This document shows, piece after piece, positions 14,721-26,863 of a stretch of 64,000 bases of DNA. The notes below the pieces were generated by a model. The model was not told the DNA's origin and made no database searches. It saw only the letters and a program-made list of their open reading frames with translations. The position numbers and the translations under genes are program-made. Source of the DNA: Octopus vulgaris (taxonomy: Eukaryota); contig OX597819.1 of assembly GCA_951406725.2 (NCBI GenBank), positions 16,554,001 to 16,618,000 on the forward strand, read 5' to 3'. Each line of letters begins with the position of its first letter. Within the stretch, counting starts at the first letter, position 1.

Positions 14721-14924
14721 AATAACGATGTTTCAAAAAGGGAAGAAAAAATATAATACCATAAAAAATTAATAAATAAGATTAATACAAATTTTAAAAA
14801 AAACCCAAAATAAAATTCAGGGGATTAACTAAATAGATGAACTGTTTTGATTGGTGGGTTTGGTTTAATTGACTGTTCCCATGCCCAAATTTCTGGCCAT
14901 GCTCTTGTGAAAAATGCCATTTAC

Positions 14925-14959
<35 letters not shown>

Positions 14960-15669
14960 TTTGCCATTTATTGTAGGTTCAGTATAAGCTGATGTTCTTG
15001 TAACTGTGAAGGTGGCAGAAGTGTTAGTGGTATAGGTAGTAGTAGTAGTGTTAGTGGATTGTAGTAAGATGAGAGCAGTGGTAGTGGTGGCAGTGGAGGA
15101 TATGGTTGCCAATGGTATGAGATAGTAACAATATATTTAAACACAGGTAGAAGCTACCAGTGAATACAGGGACTGTAGTAGTTATAGTGGTGGTTACAGA
15201 TTGCAAGGTAAGTTTTCGATGATGATGGTCAGTAGTTAGGGTTACTTAGATGCAGTGTTTGCCAGTGGCATTATTGATGATGATGATAACGATAATGATG
15301 TTTCTTATGGTTGGTGATGACAATGTCGTAGAGAGAGAAAGAGAGAGGTGTTTATATGAAATAAATTATTTTATCCTCAGTAAGTTTCAGAAAATTGTGA
15401 AAATGTGAGAAAAAAAAGAATATAACGTGTGTATATGTATACATATATGTGTGCATGTGTAAGAGATGCATGTGCACGAGTACATGTGTGAGGGGTGAGC
15501 ATTATTACTTTCCTCACACATGCTCTGATAATACAGAATATATATATATCATCATTATCATATATATATATATATATCATCATCATTGTCATATATATAT
15601 ATATATTCTGTTTATATATGTATATGTGTGTGTATGCACATGTACACACATAACTGGCCACAATTAGTA

Positions 15670-16137
15670 ATTAGTTAATTTGTAGTGGTTTTCATATTTT
15701 TTTGCTGTTCCCCAAATTAAAAGCTGATTATTATTATTATTATTATAATTATTATTATTATTATTAGTTATTATACACGTGACGAAACAAACTGTTCATA
15801 AATGGTATACTCATCACCAAGAGCTCCACCATAACGACCATATATAGAATGACGGATTTTAGTTCACCATGATTATTATTATTATTATTAATATTATTAT
15901 TATTATTATTAGAGTAATAGATAGTGTAGAGGTGTATGTGGTGGGGGAAGGAGAGCACAAAATGACACACACTCCCCCCTCCAACAATGCTTCTTATTTC
16001 TTTGTTTTTTTTTTTCATTTTTTTTTTCTTTCTTTTTGCTTTTTGTTTTGCTTTGGCCTTCAAAGCCATCATGGGTGACCTTGAAGTTATGACCATTTGG
16101 TTGTGGAGGTCTTGACCAGAGAAATATTGAAGCCAGC
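15670..16137 (-). other. msi: Probable start of the non-coding terminal (3'UTR) exon of msi; the lower coordinate is arbitrary because the 3' end is unknown
   Basis: Very strong minus-strand acceptor ttctttattgtttttttgttttttctcttctatttacag|GCTGGC at 16137. It lies downstream of the post-stop donor at 18427. Confidence 0.6.
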
Positions 16138-16903
16138 CTGTAAATAGAAGAGAAAAAACAAAAAAACAATAAAGAATATATACATCAATTCAGTCCAGGA
16201 TTATAGACATGCATTCAAACATAAACACCTCCATTCTTTCAACGATTCCAGTCACTGGATTGCAACTATGCTGAGGTACCATACACACACGCACATCATC
16301 ATATTCATCATCATCATCATCGTTTAACGTCCGTTTTCCATGGTGACATGAGTTGGACAGTTTTACTGAGGTCTGGCGAACCAGATGCCTGCACCAACCT
16401 CCAATCTGATCTGGCAATGTTTCTACAGCTGGATGCCTTTACTAATGACAACCATTCCAAGAGTGTAGTGGGTGCTTTTTATGTGCCACCAGCACAGGAG
16501 CCAGTCAGGAGGGCTTGGCATCGGCCATGTCTCAATTTGTGCTTTTTATGTGCCGTCGGCATCAATCACATTTAGATAGGGCTAAACACATGGCCCAGTG
16601 GTTAGGGTGTTGCACACATGATCACTAGGTCATAAGTTTAAATCCCCAGACTGGGTGGTGTGTTGTGCCCTTGTGCAAAACACTTCATTTCATATTGCTC
16701 CAGTCCACTCAGGTGTAAATGGGTGACCCTGGGATGGAATAGCCCTCTGATCAGGGGGCAATGATGCCAGTGGGTGGCATTATTCAAAAGCTAACACAAT
16801 GCAAAGTGCATTGTGACCAGTGATGTGAAACAACATCTGATAATTTAGTTGATATATATATATATGGTATATATGTAAAAGTGTATATATACAAGGTAAT
16901 ACG

Positions 16904-16944
<41 letters not shown>

Positions 16945-17122
16945 TGTGTGTGTGTGTGTGTCTAAGTGTTCCTGTGTGCGTACATATGAATACATGTTAT
17001 ATCAAATATGACAATTTGTTTTCTAAACAGAGGATATACAAACCACTTTTAGTATTGTACAAGATACATCAAGAGTGTTGTTGAGATGTCCGTTAGATAC
17101 AGCATTTATTTATGTATCATTA

Positions 17123-18323
17123 TTGGGTCATCCCATAAATAATGCAGTTTTTTATACTTACTTTTTCAAAATTAAGATAAGTTCTTTTTTAATCTAAAAT
17201 ATACTCTCCTTCATTTTCTACAATGCTCTTCCATCTATCTGGTAGACTTGCAAGGCCATTCTTCCAGAATTCACTTGTCCATGATGAAAAATACTCCTCA
17301 AGTACTGTTCTGATCTCATCTACAGAATTCATGTTTTTTCCATCCAAATGATTTTGAAAACTGCAGAATAAATGATAATCAGATGGGGCATTGTTTCCCA
17401 TTCAAACTGCTCCAGCCTTTGGAATGTCAACCTTACTATATGTGGCTGAACATTATCCTAATGGAAGAATACCTTTTGTCTTGAAACCAAAAGCTGCTCA
17501 CAGTAGATCTCCTTTGTTATCATTTGGTTTGGGTTTAAAAGTTTGAAGTGGACTAAACCTTTCCATAGCCCACCAAACAGATAACAACACCTTATGTTGG
17601 TGAATACTTTCTTTAGCCTGGGGTGCCGCTGTTTCTCCTTTCCCTACCTTTGGCACTTGACATTTTTATAGAGAACCCATTTTTCATCACCAGTCACTAT
17701 ACGGTTCAAAAATGGTTTTATGAGACATGACAGCAAAGAAGAGCACACATTCACTCTCTGCATGTGATTAGACTCAGAAAATTTGTGAGGAATCCATTGA
17801 CCCAAATTGCTGACTTTTCCGATGGCACGTAGGTGTCGATGAATGGTTGAATGACCAAATTCAAGCCTCTCTGCTAGTTCCTCAACAGTTATGATGGGAT
17901 TTTGTTCCACCGGGATTTGTAGTATGTTCACATCAAGCTCTACAGATCTTCCAGGACAAGGCTCATCTTCTAGACTGTAGTTTACTGCTTGGAATTTCTG
18001 CAACAACTGTTGACACTAGCTTATGCTTACTGTCTGATCCCCATATATTGCATTAATATTCCTCACATTTTCCATTGTGTTGTTGCATTTATTGAACTCA
18101 TAAAACAAAATATGCCAGATATGCTCCTTTGTCACTTCCATTATAGCTTCGAAAAAATAACTTAAAATCGAACTGCACTCTTCAAAAATTTCACTAAGAA
18201 TAAGTACAAGGTAAAATTACTACCTGCTTTTCTAGCAAGTTGATGCAGGTAGTTTATCCTGCTCCCTTCCAACTTTCAGTTCATGCAATTGAAAAAAAAC
18301 ACATTATTTATGGGATGATTCAA
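17123..18323 (-). mobile_element. Near full-length defective mariner DNA transposon (~1.2 kb)
   Basis: Terminal inverted repeats TTGGGTCATCCCATAAATAATG and CATTATTTATGGGATGATTCAA, each flanked by TA, enclosing transposase remnants. Confidence 0.92.
17189..18141 (-). pseudogene. mariner transposase pseudogene
   Basis: Reads MEVTKEHIWHILFYEF...; contains WIPHKF (WVPHEL motif), IVTGDEKWVLY (first catalytic D) and APSDYHLF (YSPDLAPSDYHLF motif). Broken by stops, frameshifts and deletions. Confidence 0.9.
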
Positions 18324-18473
18324 TATATAAGACAAGCCAACAAATGCTTAATCTTTCATATATCACCTCACAAATACAACAATAAAAAATTTTTTGAATG
18401 CAAATGGTGTAAAAGAAAGCATTTACCTTCAGACTGTGTCTGTTACTTTTCAAAAGCTGGCCGTTAGAGGGAA

Positions 18474-18515
18474 TCAGTGGTATCCATTGTGGTAACTTGC
18501 TGTGATCAGTGGACC
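18474..18515 (-). CDS. msi: Musashi homolog, last coding segment GPLITASYHNGYH-stop
   Basis: Phase-0 acceptor ttttctctgctccaatcaag|GGT CCA CTG, with TGA at 18476-18474. Matches the Musashi C-terminus GPLIATAFTNGYH. The exon probably continues to a donor at 18427 (AAG|gtaaat). Confidence 0.9.
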   Translation of the reverse strand, partial: GPLITASYHNGYH

Positions 18516-18620
18516 CTTGATTGGAGCAGAGAAAACATTTGAATTTGTAAATTTGTTTATCATAAGCTTTATATATATTGATATTGAGCAATTTATTTTA
18601 TGTGGTAATCTTGTATTTAT

Positions 18621-18652
<32 letters not shown>

Positions 18653-18831
18653 ATAACTGAATTTGTAAGTGGTTATTCTCTACATATATATATGTAGCTA
18701 CATGCATGCAGGTCTACAGTTTTATATTTGAACACACAGCAAAGTGGTTCTAATAATAAGAATAGCAGTGGTAGATGCTGCAGTCCACAACAAAAGTATG
18801 CCTGAGCTTCTTGACATGTCTTGACGAGTTA

Positions 18832-19190
18832 TCTTTTGTTTCAGTGATTGGACTGCAGCCATGCTGGGGCACTGACTCGAAAGGTTTAGCAGATCAAATT
18901 GCACCTAGAACATATTTTCCAAGTTTGGTACTCATTCTATTAGTCTCTTTTGCTGAACCACAAGCTGTAGGGATGTAAACAAACCAACACTGGTTGTCAA
19001 GTAGTGGTGGGGTTGACAAACATAACACAAACTCACACACATACATATACATAAGAGGGGTTTCTACATATTCACTCACAAGGCTTTGGTCAGTCCAGGG
19101 CTGTAGTATAATGCACTTGCCTAAGGTGCTGCACGTTAGGAGTGAACCTGAAGCCATGTGGTTGAAAAGTGAGTGTCTTAACCATACATT
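18832..19190 (-). mobile_element. Diverged second-family SINE in the last coding intron of msi
   Basis: tgtttcagtgattggactgcagccatgctggggcac ... ctcacaaggctttggtcagtcc ... gtcttaaccatac. Confidence 0.65.
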
Positions 19191-19489
19191 TTAATGTCAT
19201 TTGCTTTCAGTTGTCCACTTAAGCATGTTTTGGCTGTTTGTTGTTTGATAGACTGGGATAAAGCAGGTGGGGATTGGCAACAGGAAGGGCATCTGGCCAT
19301 AAAAAACTCTGCCCCAACATACTCTAATCTGACCTATACAAACAGGGCAAAGTAGACACTAAAATGATGATGATAATGATGGTATACAACTAAACTAGCA
19401 TGCAGGTGAGTGTCTAAGAATTGGTACTTACATATACATGACTACAAAGATACAGAAAACAGAAAAATTAGACAGGACAGCTAACTCAC

Positions 19490-19677
19490 TCTATTTGCTG
19501 TTATGCTCGGTCCAAAGCCTGAGGGTTGTGGGCTTGTGGCTTGGACATAGCCGAGACTCTCTTGGCCGGAATTGTAAAGTTCGATAGGGCCGGGACTGTT
19601 GGCTGCTGGAAATGCACGTCCATTAGCTGGGGAGGTGGCAGATGGAAAACTTGCCGGAGGGGCAAAGCTGTTTAACA
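19490..19677 (-). CDS. msi: Musashi homolog, penultimate coding exon (188 nt, phase 1-0)
   Basis: Strong acceptor (T-run)cttctctctttctgcag|TG and donor AGA|gtgagt. Peptide (V)LNSFAPPASFPSATSPANGRAFPAANSPGPIELYNSGQESLGYVQATSPQPSGFGPSITANR matches my recall of vertebrate MSI2 (VLNSYSAQPNFGAPASPAG...FPGANSPGPVADLY...YISAASPQPGSGFG). Confidence 0.92.
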
Positions 19678-20242
19678 CTGCAGAAAGAGAGAAGAAAAAA
19701 AAAAAAACACCATTAGAACAAGACAGATGACCAGTGATGTCACATTTTTTAAGGTTTGCGATGAAGAGGTAATGTTGTTTTGGTGGGTGGAGTTCATTGA
19801 TTATATCAACCCCAGAAAAATGAAAGGTGAAGTTGATTCAGTAGGATTCCAGCATAGAGAGTTGGCACAAATACTGCAAAGTATTACGATTCCCTAGCAA
19901 CCTTACCAATTCACAGCTTTAGAGAGGTAATATAGTAAGAAAACATGCCAGTGGCCTAGGGAATAAGAATATTAACTGACTTAGATTAGAAAGAAATGTT
20001 CCTAGTTTGAAATCCAATCCAGAATTCTATGTACATATCCAGGAATAAGATATCTGACAAAAACCTAAAATGAAACTCATTGAAACACAAAATCTAAGTA
20101 AAAACTGAGAAAAAAAAATCACCTCTCACAAGATGAGTTTAATTAGTCTACTAAAATATCAGCTTATTATAACTATGATTTAGAAATAAAGGTTCCTGGT
20201 TCAAATCTAGTTTGCTACTAAGTACATATAGAAAAGGAGTTC

Positions 20243-20555
20243 TTAATCTGTTGTGAGCCCACATTGGACCACTATTGGGTAGAGGCACGAGGAGTTTAGA
20301 AGAGTTGAAACTTTGATTAGAAATAAAATATTAAACCTTTTAATTACCATATTTCTGTTGAAATACCCTGTCTTTCTACCAATCAGTTTTGAAAATAATG
20401 AAGAATCTAATAAGATAACTTTCCCATTATTAAGCTGCTGTTTGGAACATAAATTAATCTTAAATTTAACGCTAAGTTTTAATCTGGAACACTTTAAAGT
20501 TTGCAGCATTAAAATAAGTGGCAGTCTCAGGCTGGTTTGGTGTCAAAAGAGTTAA
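20243..20555. mobile_element. Degenerate TTAA-bounded MITE-like repeat; related pieces near 30180-30280 and 50490-50720
   Basis: Ends in AAAGAGTTAA. The internal motif ttttgaaaataatgaagaat...attaagctg..gtttggaacataa recurs in either orientation elsewhere in the window. Confidence 0.4.
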
Positions 20556-21290
20556 AGCAGGTACAATAAGGCATTGTGTTATCAATGAGTAACTTACAAG
20601 ACTGATGATATTTCAAAGTCCAGTATCATTTCGTTGTCTTTACCTATTTTAGTAAAATTGATATAAATTTTACACAAGAAGCTCTAGGTCATGCAAATAT
20701 CTAAAACACTGGATAGGATGCTATTGAATAATGTGGAGAAGAAACCACTACGTGAAATTAGCTTCTGTTTGATTGAAATGATATATTGTTTTTTTTATAT
20801 ATTGCAAAACACCATGAGTGAAAAAGAATGCTGAAGTATAAAATGTTGATATCCTAGAATATGATAACTGATCACAACCACAGATCAAACTGATTGAAAC
20901 ATGGTATGGATGAAAATATCATGGTATAAAATGTAAATAGAGATTTGGTTAGTAACAAACATATTATTGAATAAAGGTAATAAATGTCCAGTTTTAATCC
21001 ATTGGGGCCTCACTGAAAACTTCAGATTTGGGTCTTCAATCAAATCCAGTCAAACCACTAATATCTGAGTTTCCCATTTTTCATGGCAATGAATGGAACA
21101 AGCGTTAAACCGCAAATTATAAGACATCAAGAGATGGACGGGTTGATAGAAATGCTGCTGGTCCCTCGGTAAGATGTGGCAGGTTGTCACCGTCTGTATA
21201 TGTTACACACCAGGGAGACTGGTTTGGAATTATGTGCCTCGGTGTGGTTGATAAAATTATTTAAAATTTATATATCTGTGTATGTATGTA

Positions 21291-21326
<36 letters not shown>

Positions 21327-21363
21327 CATATATATATATATATATGTGTATATTACACACATA

Positions 21364-21576
21364 CAGTAATCCCTTGACTATCGCGGGTGTTGTGTTCCAA
21401 AACCTCCTGCAATAGGTGAAAATCCACCAAGAAGAAGCAATACTGTACTGTATATTATTTTTATTATTTGTATATATTTATCTTATTATAAATGCAACAC
21501 AACACCACAGAGGAATCAACAGAAGCTTCAATAATAAACCACAATGGGTGAACTGCGATATGGCATGGGATTACTG
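21364..21576. mobile_element. MITE, pogo/Tigger-like
   Basis: TA|CAGTAATCCC...GGGATTACTG|TA: terminal inverted repeats with a TA target duplication. Confidence 0.8.
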
Positions 21577-21584
21577 TATGTATG

Positions 21585-21793
21585 TATGTGTATATATATA
21601 TATCTGCATATATAATCAAATGTATGCATATACATATGTATATATATATATATATATCTGCATATATATATATACATATATATCTGCATATATATATATA
21701 CATATATATCTGCATATATATATATACATATATATCTGCATATATATATATACATATATATCTGCATATATATATATATATCTGATATATATC

Positions 21794-21824
<31 letters not shown>

Positions 21825-21845
21825 CTACATATATAATCAAATGTA

Positions 21846-21906
<61 letters not shown>
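21585..21906. repeat. (TA)n-derived minisatellite with a ~26-bp unit, plus pure (TA)n
   Basis: Repeated atatatctgcatatatatatatacat units. Confidence 0.9.
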
Positions 21907-21909
<3 letters not shown>

Positions 21910-22236
21910 TTGAATAGAACTAGTTTGAGCTCACAAGCTGTAGCCATGCTGGGGCACTGCTATTTGGTGTTGCTACATAATTTTTACATCAATTCTTTTA
22001 AGAACTTGACATTTGGTGCAGGAGGCTGCATCTTCTTGGAAACCATGTTGGGTGCCAGTCAGCAAGTCGTTTTCTTCAAGGAAAGTGATTAGTTTTCTTC
22101 TGAAACACTGCCAGATTTGACTGGGCCTGATGAAGCCTTCTGGCTTCACAGACCCCAGTAGAACCGTCCAACCCATGCTAGCATGGAAAACGGACGCTAA
22201 ACGATGATGATGATGATGATGATGATATATATATAC

Positions 22237-22460
22237 AGGGACAGGTGTGTTTGTGTGGCAAGAAGCTTGCTTCCCAACCACATGGTTATGAGTTCAGTCC
22301 CACTGCATGGCACCTTAGACAAGCGTCTTCTACTATAGCCTCGGGTCAACCAAAGCCTTGTGAGTGGATTTGGTAGACAGAAACTGAAAGAAGTCTGTCG
22401 TATATATATATATATGTGTGTGTGTGTGTGAGATTGTACTGAAACAAGTAAAAGAGTATA
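22237..22460 (+). mobile_element. tRNA-head, CORE-like SINE (second family), internally deleted
   Basis: tgtgtggcaagaagcttgcttcccaaccacatggttatgagttcagtcccactgcatggcaccttagacaagcgtcttctactatagcc; shared with copies at 28419, 30757 and 48622. Confidence 0.75.
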
Positions 22461-22486
22461 TATATATGTGTGTGTATATATAAATG

Positions 22487-22529
<43 letters not shown>

Positions 22530-22530
22530 C

Positions 22531-23328
22531 TGGTATGGTCATGTGGTGAGAATGGATGAGGATAGCTATGTGTAAAAGTGCCACACCCTAGCAGTTGAGG
22601 GGACCTGTGGAAGAGGTAGACCCAGGAAGACCTGGGATGAGGTGGTGAAGCACAACCTTTGAACATTAGGCCTCACTGAGGCAATGACTAGTGATTGAGA
22701 CCTTTGGAAATATTCTGTGCTTGAGAAGACCTGGCAAGCCAAGTGAGAGTATAACCCGTGTCCTATGCCAGGGGTGTAACCAGCTTACTTATGCATACCA
22801 TTCTTTCATTGGACACTAAACTCTGCTTGTGAAGACCTGTTGAGGCAAGTGAAATCGAAATCGAAATCAAATTCGATGACTGGCATCCATGCTAGTGGAG
22901 CGCTAAGAGCACCATCCAAGCGTGATCATGAGCCAGAAGAGCTTACTGGCTTCCATGCCAGTGGCACATAAAAAGCACCATTTAAGCGTGATCGTTACCA
23001 GCGTTGCCTTACAGGCACTTGTGCCGGTGGCACGCGAAAAATCATTCGAGCGATGTCATTGCCAGAGCCGCTGGACTGGCTCCTGTGCAGGCGGCACGTA
23101 AAAAGCACCATTTGACCATGGCCATTGCCAGTACCGCCTGACTGGCCCTTGTGCCAGTAGCATGTAAAAGCACCCACTACATTCTTGGAGTGGTTGGCGT
23201 TAGGAAGGGCATCTAGCTGTAGAAATTCTGCCAAATCAGATTGGAGCCTGGTGCGGCCATCTGGTTCCTCAGTCAAATTGTGCAACCCATGCCAGCATGG
23301 AAAGCGGATGTTAAACGATGATGATGAT
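22531..23328 (+). mobile_element. 5'-truncated RTE-clade LINE (RT C-terminus, 3'UTR and (GAT)n tail)
   Basis: Frame from 22531 reads WYGHVVRMDEDSYV*KCHTLAVEGTCGRGRPRKTWDEVV...DLWK, with the typical RTE motifs W.GHV.RM and GRPRKTW. The UTR has repeated gtggcacgtaaaaagcacc units and ends gttaaacgatgatgat. Confidence 0.82.
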
Positions 23329-23379
23329 ATATAAATGTGTGTGTGTGTGTGTGTGTGCGCGTGTGTATAGGTATGTGTG

Positions 23380-23574
23380 TGTGCATGCTTTTCCTTGCAA
23401 CGTCGCTTCACAACTGATGCTGGTGTGTTTATGTTCCCATAACTTAGCAGCTCAGCAGAAGAGACCGATAGACTAAGTACAAGGCTTACAAAGAATAAGC
23501 CCTGGGGTCAATTTGCTCGACTAAAGGTGGTGCTCCAGCATGGCCACAGTCAAATGACTGAAACAAGTAAAAGA

Positions 23575-23576
<2 letters not shown>
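23380..23576 (+). mobile_element. 3' half of a second-family SINE
   Basis: taacttagcagctcagcagaagagaccgatag...gctccagcatggccacagtcaaatgactgaaacaagtaaaagag; this tail is shared with the other copies. Confidence 0.75.
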
Positions 23577-23644
<68 letters not shown>

Positions 23645-23670
23645 ATATATATATATATATATATATAAAT

Positions 23671-23711
<41 letters not shown>

Positions 23712-23795
23712 TGTATGTGTGTATATATATATGTATATATGTGTCTGTGTGTATATATATGCAAATGTGTATATGTAAATATATAATTGTGTATG

Positions 23796-23831
<36 letters not shown>

Positions 23832-23860
23832 AATGTATGTATGTATGTATGTATAATATA
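23577..23860. repeat. Compound (TA)n/(TG)n/(TATG)n microsatellite, representative of dozens in the window
   Basis: Visible directly in the sequence. Confidence 0.95.
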
Positions 23861-25176
23861 CATAAAAACTATGCATGTGTTTGTATGTATGCTGACATGT
23901 ACTACATATTCGCAAACAACATATAGATGAAAATGCATATGTGACCATACATAAACACATATATACACACACAAATCCATGATGCCTATTGCTCCTGCTC
24001 GGGGTTGCTGTTTAACCAAACATTTGTCAGCATCAATATCTGAATAGAATTTAGGAAATGGAGATTGTATGAAAATCCCAAAGTATTCATGTACCTATAA
24101 ATATGTATCCACAAAGGCGTGGGTATGTGAACTTTCATGTATAAAACAGTGCATTGAATTGTATCCCTTTACATCAAAAAGTGACTTATCGGAATCAGTA
24201 ATGAACCCTCTTGGCCAATAAAGGTCAATGAGTTTAAGTAACAGGCATATGATTTCCCAAAGAAAAAAAATATCCAAGAAACATTGAATGTAGTTCAATG
24301 AATGACTGCAGCCAAATTAATAAAATATAAGGTGAATAATTATGCAAGTATTTCTTAAAGTTTTGTGTCAATCGGTTGTTATAACACATGATGTTCATTA
24401 TGTTGTCAGACAAACTCCTGATTATCAGAAAAATGTATAATGCCAATATATATAACTGAAGCATATATAAGTGTGTGTGCTTGTGTGTAATGTAGTCTAA
24501 TCCATGCCAGCATTGAACATGTACATTGAATTATGTTCATGATATCATAATCGTTTTAATGTCTACTTTTTCATGCTTGCATGAATTACTACAAGAGTAT
24601 GTTGGGGTAGTGTTTTTATGCCTGCATACCCTTCCTGGCACCAATCCAAACTTTTTTCTTAGCAAGATAATACTCTCCCGGTCAATCAAACAACAAACAA
24701 ACAACCCAGACATGGTTACATGGAGAACTGCAAAGAAATTATGCTGTATGATTAAGTCTTTCATTTACAGAAATTGCACAACATATCAAAAAGCCCAGAT
24801 ATGCTGTCACAGTGGACTACAAGCAAATGACAGCAAACCACTGTTTACAAAGAGGGTACTCGTGTGAAGACAAAAGGGAAATATCAACTCACTTGTACAA
24901 ACATACACATATATACATATGAGTGGCTTCTTTCTGCTTCTGTCAACCAAATCATTTCTCAAGGTTTTGGTCAACCCAGAACAATAGAAGATACTTGCAG
25001 AGGGACTAAGTCCAAAACATAGTTGGAAAGAAAATTTCCTAACCACACAGCCCACAAAGCCATGCCTACACTTTTACCTATATATAAAAAAGTGTCTTCT
25101 ACTACAGATCAGAATGCCCAGTGCTTTCTGAATGCAGAAACTGTACAGAAGCCTGTTGCATATCTATATACACACA

Positions 25177-26066
25177 CATGATGTCTAAAAAATCACTGAT
25201 GGGTTTCAATTTTAATAACTTCCTCAACTTTACAAATAAATGCATGAAATTTTGATGCAATATAAAGGACATAATGGAAATGAATATGCACAATTCAAAC
25301 TTTGCAACACCACTACATCACATATTAAAAAAATGACATCACTTAAATGGCAGCCATTTTCAGCTTTGCACACCTGTACTCTTCCCAAAACTTGCACCAT
25401 AACACCCTTAAGAGTTTCAGAACCCCACTTCTCTGATTTTTCTATTGATGTTCTCCTTCAGTTGCACCCAGGTCTCTGGTTTGTTGACGTAAACACTCTC
25501 TTTCAGATATCCCCACAAAAAAAAAAAAATCCGGGTTAGTCAGGTCTGGTGAACGTGAAGGCCAGCTGACATTGCCGTAGCAGTAGATTATTCTCTCTCC
25601 AAAGCTCTGCTGTAGCAACTGCATTGTTTCTCTTGCAGTATGAGCAGTTGCCCATCTTGCTAGAAACAGGTGTGAGGTCTACTTTGAATGGCCTTCATGT
25701 TTCCCAGATTTGACTAGCCCGGATTTGTTCTTGTGGGGATACCTGAAAGTGTGGGTTTATGTCAACAAGCCGGAGACCCTGGTGCAACTGAAGGAGAACA
25801 TCAATAGAGAAATCAGAGAAGTGGGGTCTGAAACTCTTGAGAATGTAATGGTGTAAGTTGTAGAAAGAGCACGGGCATGCAAAGACGAAAATGGCTGCCA
25901 TTTAAGTGGTCGTTTTTCATGTGGTGTATTGGTGTTGCAAAATTTGACTTGTGCACATTAATTTCCATTATGTCCTTTATATTGTATCAAATTTTCATGC
26001 ATTTATTTGTAAAGTTAAGGAAGTTATTAGAAATTGAAAGCCATCAGTGGCTTCTGGGACACCTTG
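25177..26066. mobile_element. Fold-back (palindromic) non-autonomous Tc1/mariner-superfamily element
   Basis: Arms ~25177-25564 and ~25689-26066 are reverse complements. Both carry the transposase 3' end (WPSRSPDLT..DFFLWGYLK..VYVNKPETLVQLKENI). The spacer continues the transposase on the minus strand (QDG/ATAHTARETMQLL). The right end is followed by TA. Confidence 0.88.
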
Positions 26067-26494
26067 TATGTATACATATATGTATTTTTTTGCTACAGAT
26101 CTTCACATGCATAAAGATGGTCTCTCTCACAATTTGGCAGTTCAATGTACAAATAAGCATAGGCTAAAGTACCTTAACTGCAAGACAAAATGGTTTGGCA
26201 TCAAGAAATCTCATCTAATCTACACCACCTTTGTAAAGACAAAAAAATGGTGTGTATGTGTACTTTAGTGGAGGCTGCATATTATTATAATCAAGATTAA
26301 TGTTATCAAAATTCATGAGTCTCAAACACTCTAAGCATATTCATATTTCTTTTGCTTAATGTTAGCACATGATTATTGATATCTAAAATGTCCTGTCCTA
26401 AAGTGATCAGAATTAGTGGCTTTTACTGTGTTTATATATCAACTGAAGGCAGTCTTGGCTATGTGGTTAAGATGTTCATCTTGGTCAAGTTTTC

Positions 26495-26635
26495 TGGCAA
26501 CCAAAGGTCCCACTCTCCAAGTGAAAGGAAGATTGTATAATGGATATATATGAACTGCAATGTTACATGGTAGGAGATGTGCACTCTGAATGTAGAGGAT
26601 ATGAGAAGACTAGAGAGGAATGAAGCTGGTATTTT
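26495..26635 (+). mobile_element. Short RTE LINE RT fragment
   Basis: ATKGPTLQVKGRLYN...TAMLHG...LNVEDMRRLERNEA, frameshifted. Confidence 0.5.
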
Positions 26636-26819
26636 TCAATGTTATTATTATTATTATTATTCAGGTCATTGCCTGGAATCGAACTTGCAATCTTGGGGTT
26701 AGTAGCCCGCGCTCTTAACCACTATGCCATATGCCTGTGGGAATGATAATAATGACAACATTGAAAGAAAGTAATGAAAAACCCTAGGAATGAGAACCCA
26801 GGTTCGAAATTTCCCCAAG

Positions 26820-26863
26820 ACACCTGATGAAGGCTGGAGGGTATATCAGCCAAAACACTGTGT
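26820..26863 (+). ncRNA. Mutated minimal type I hammerhead motif within a Penelope-like repeat end (~26780-26997)
   Basis: ACAC-CTGATGA-a-GGCTG-gagggtatat-CAGCC-AAAAC-ACT-GTGT. Stems I and II are intact; GAAA has become AAAA. Confidence 0.55.
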
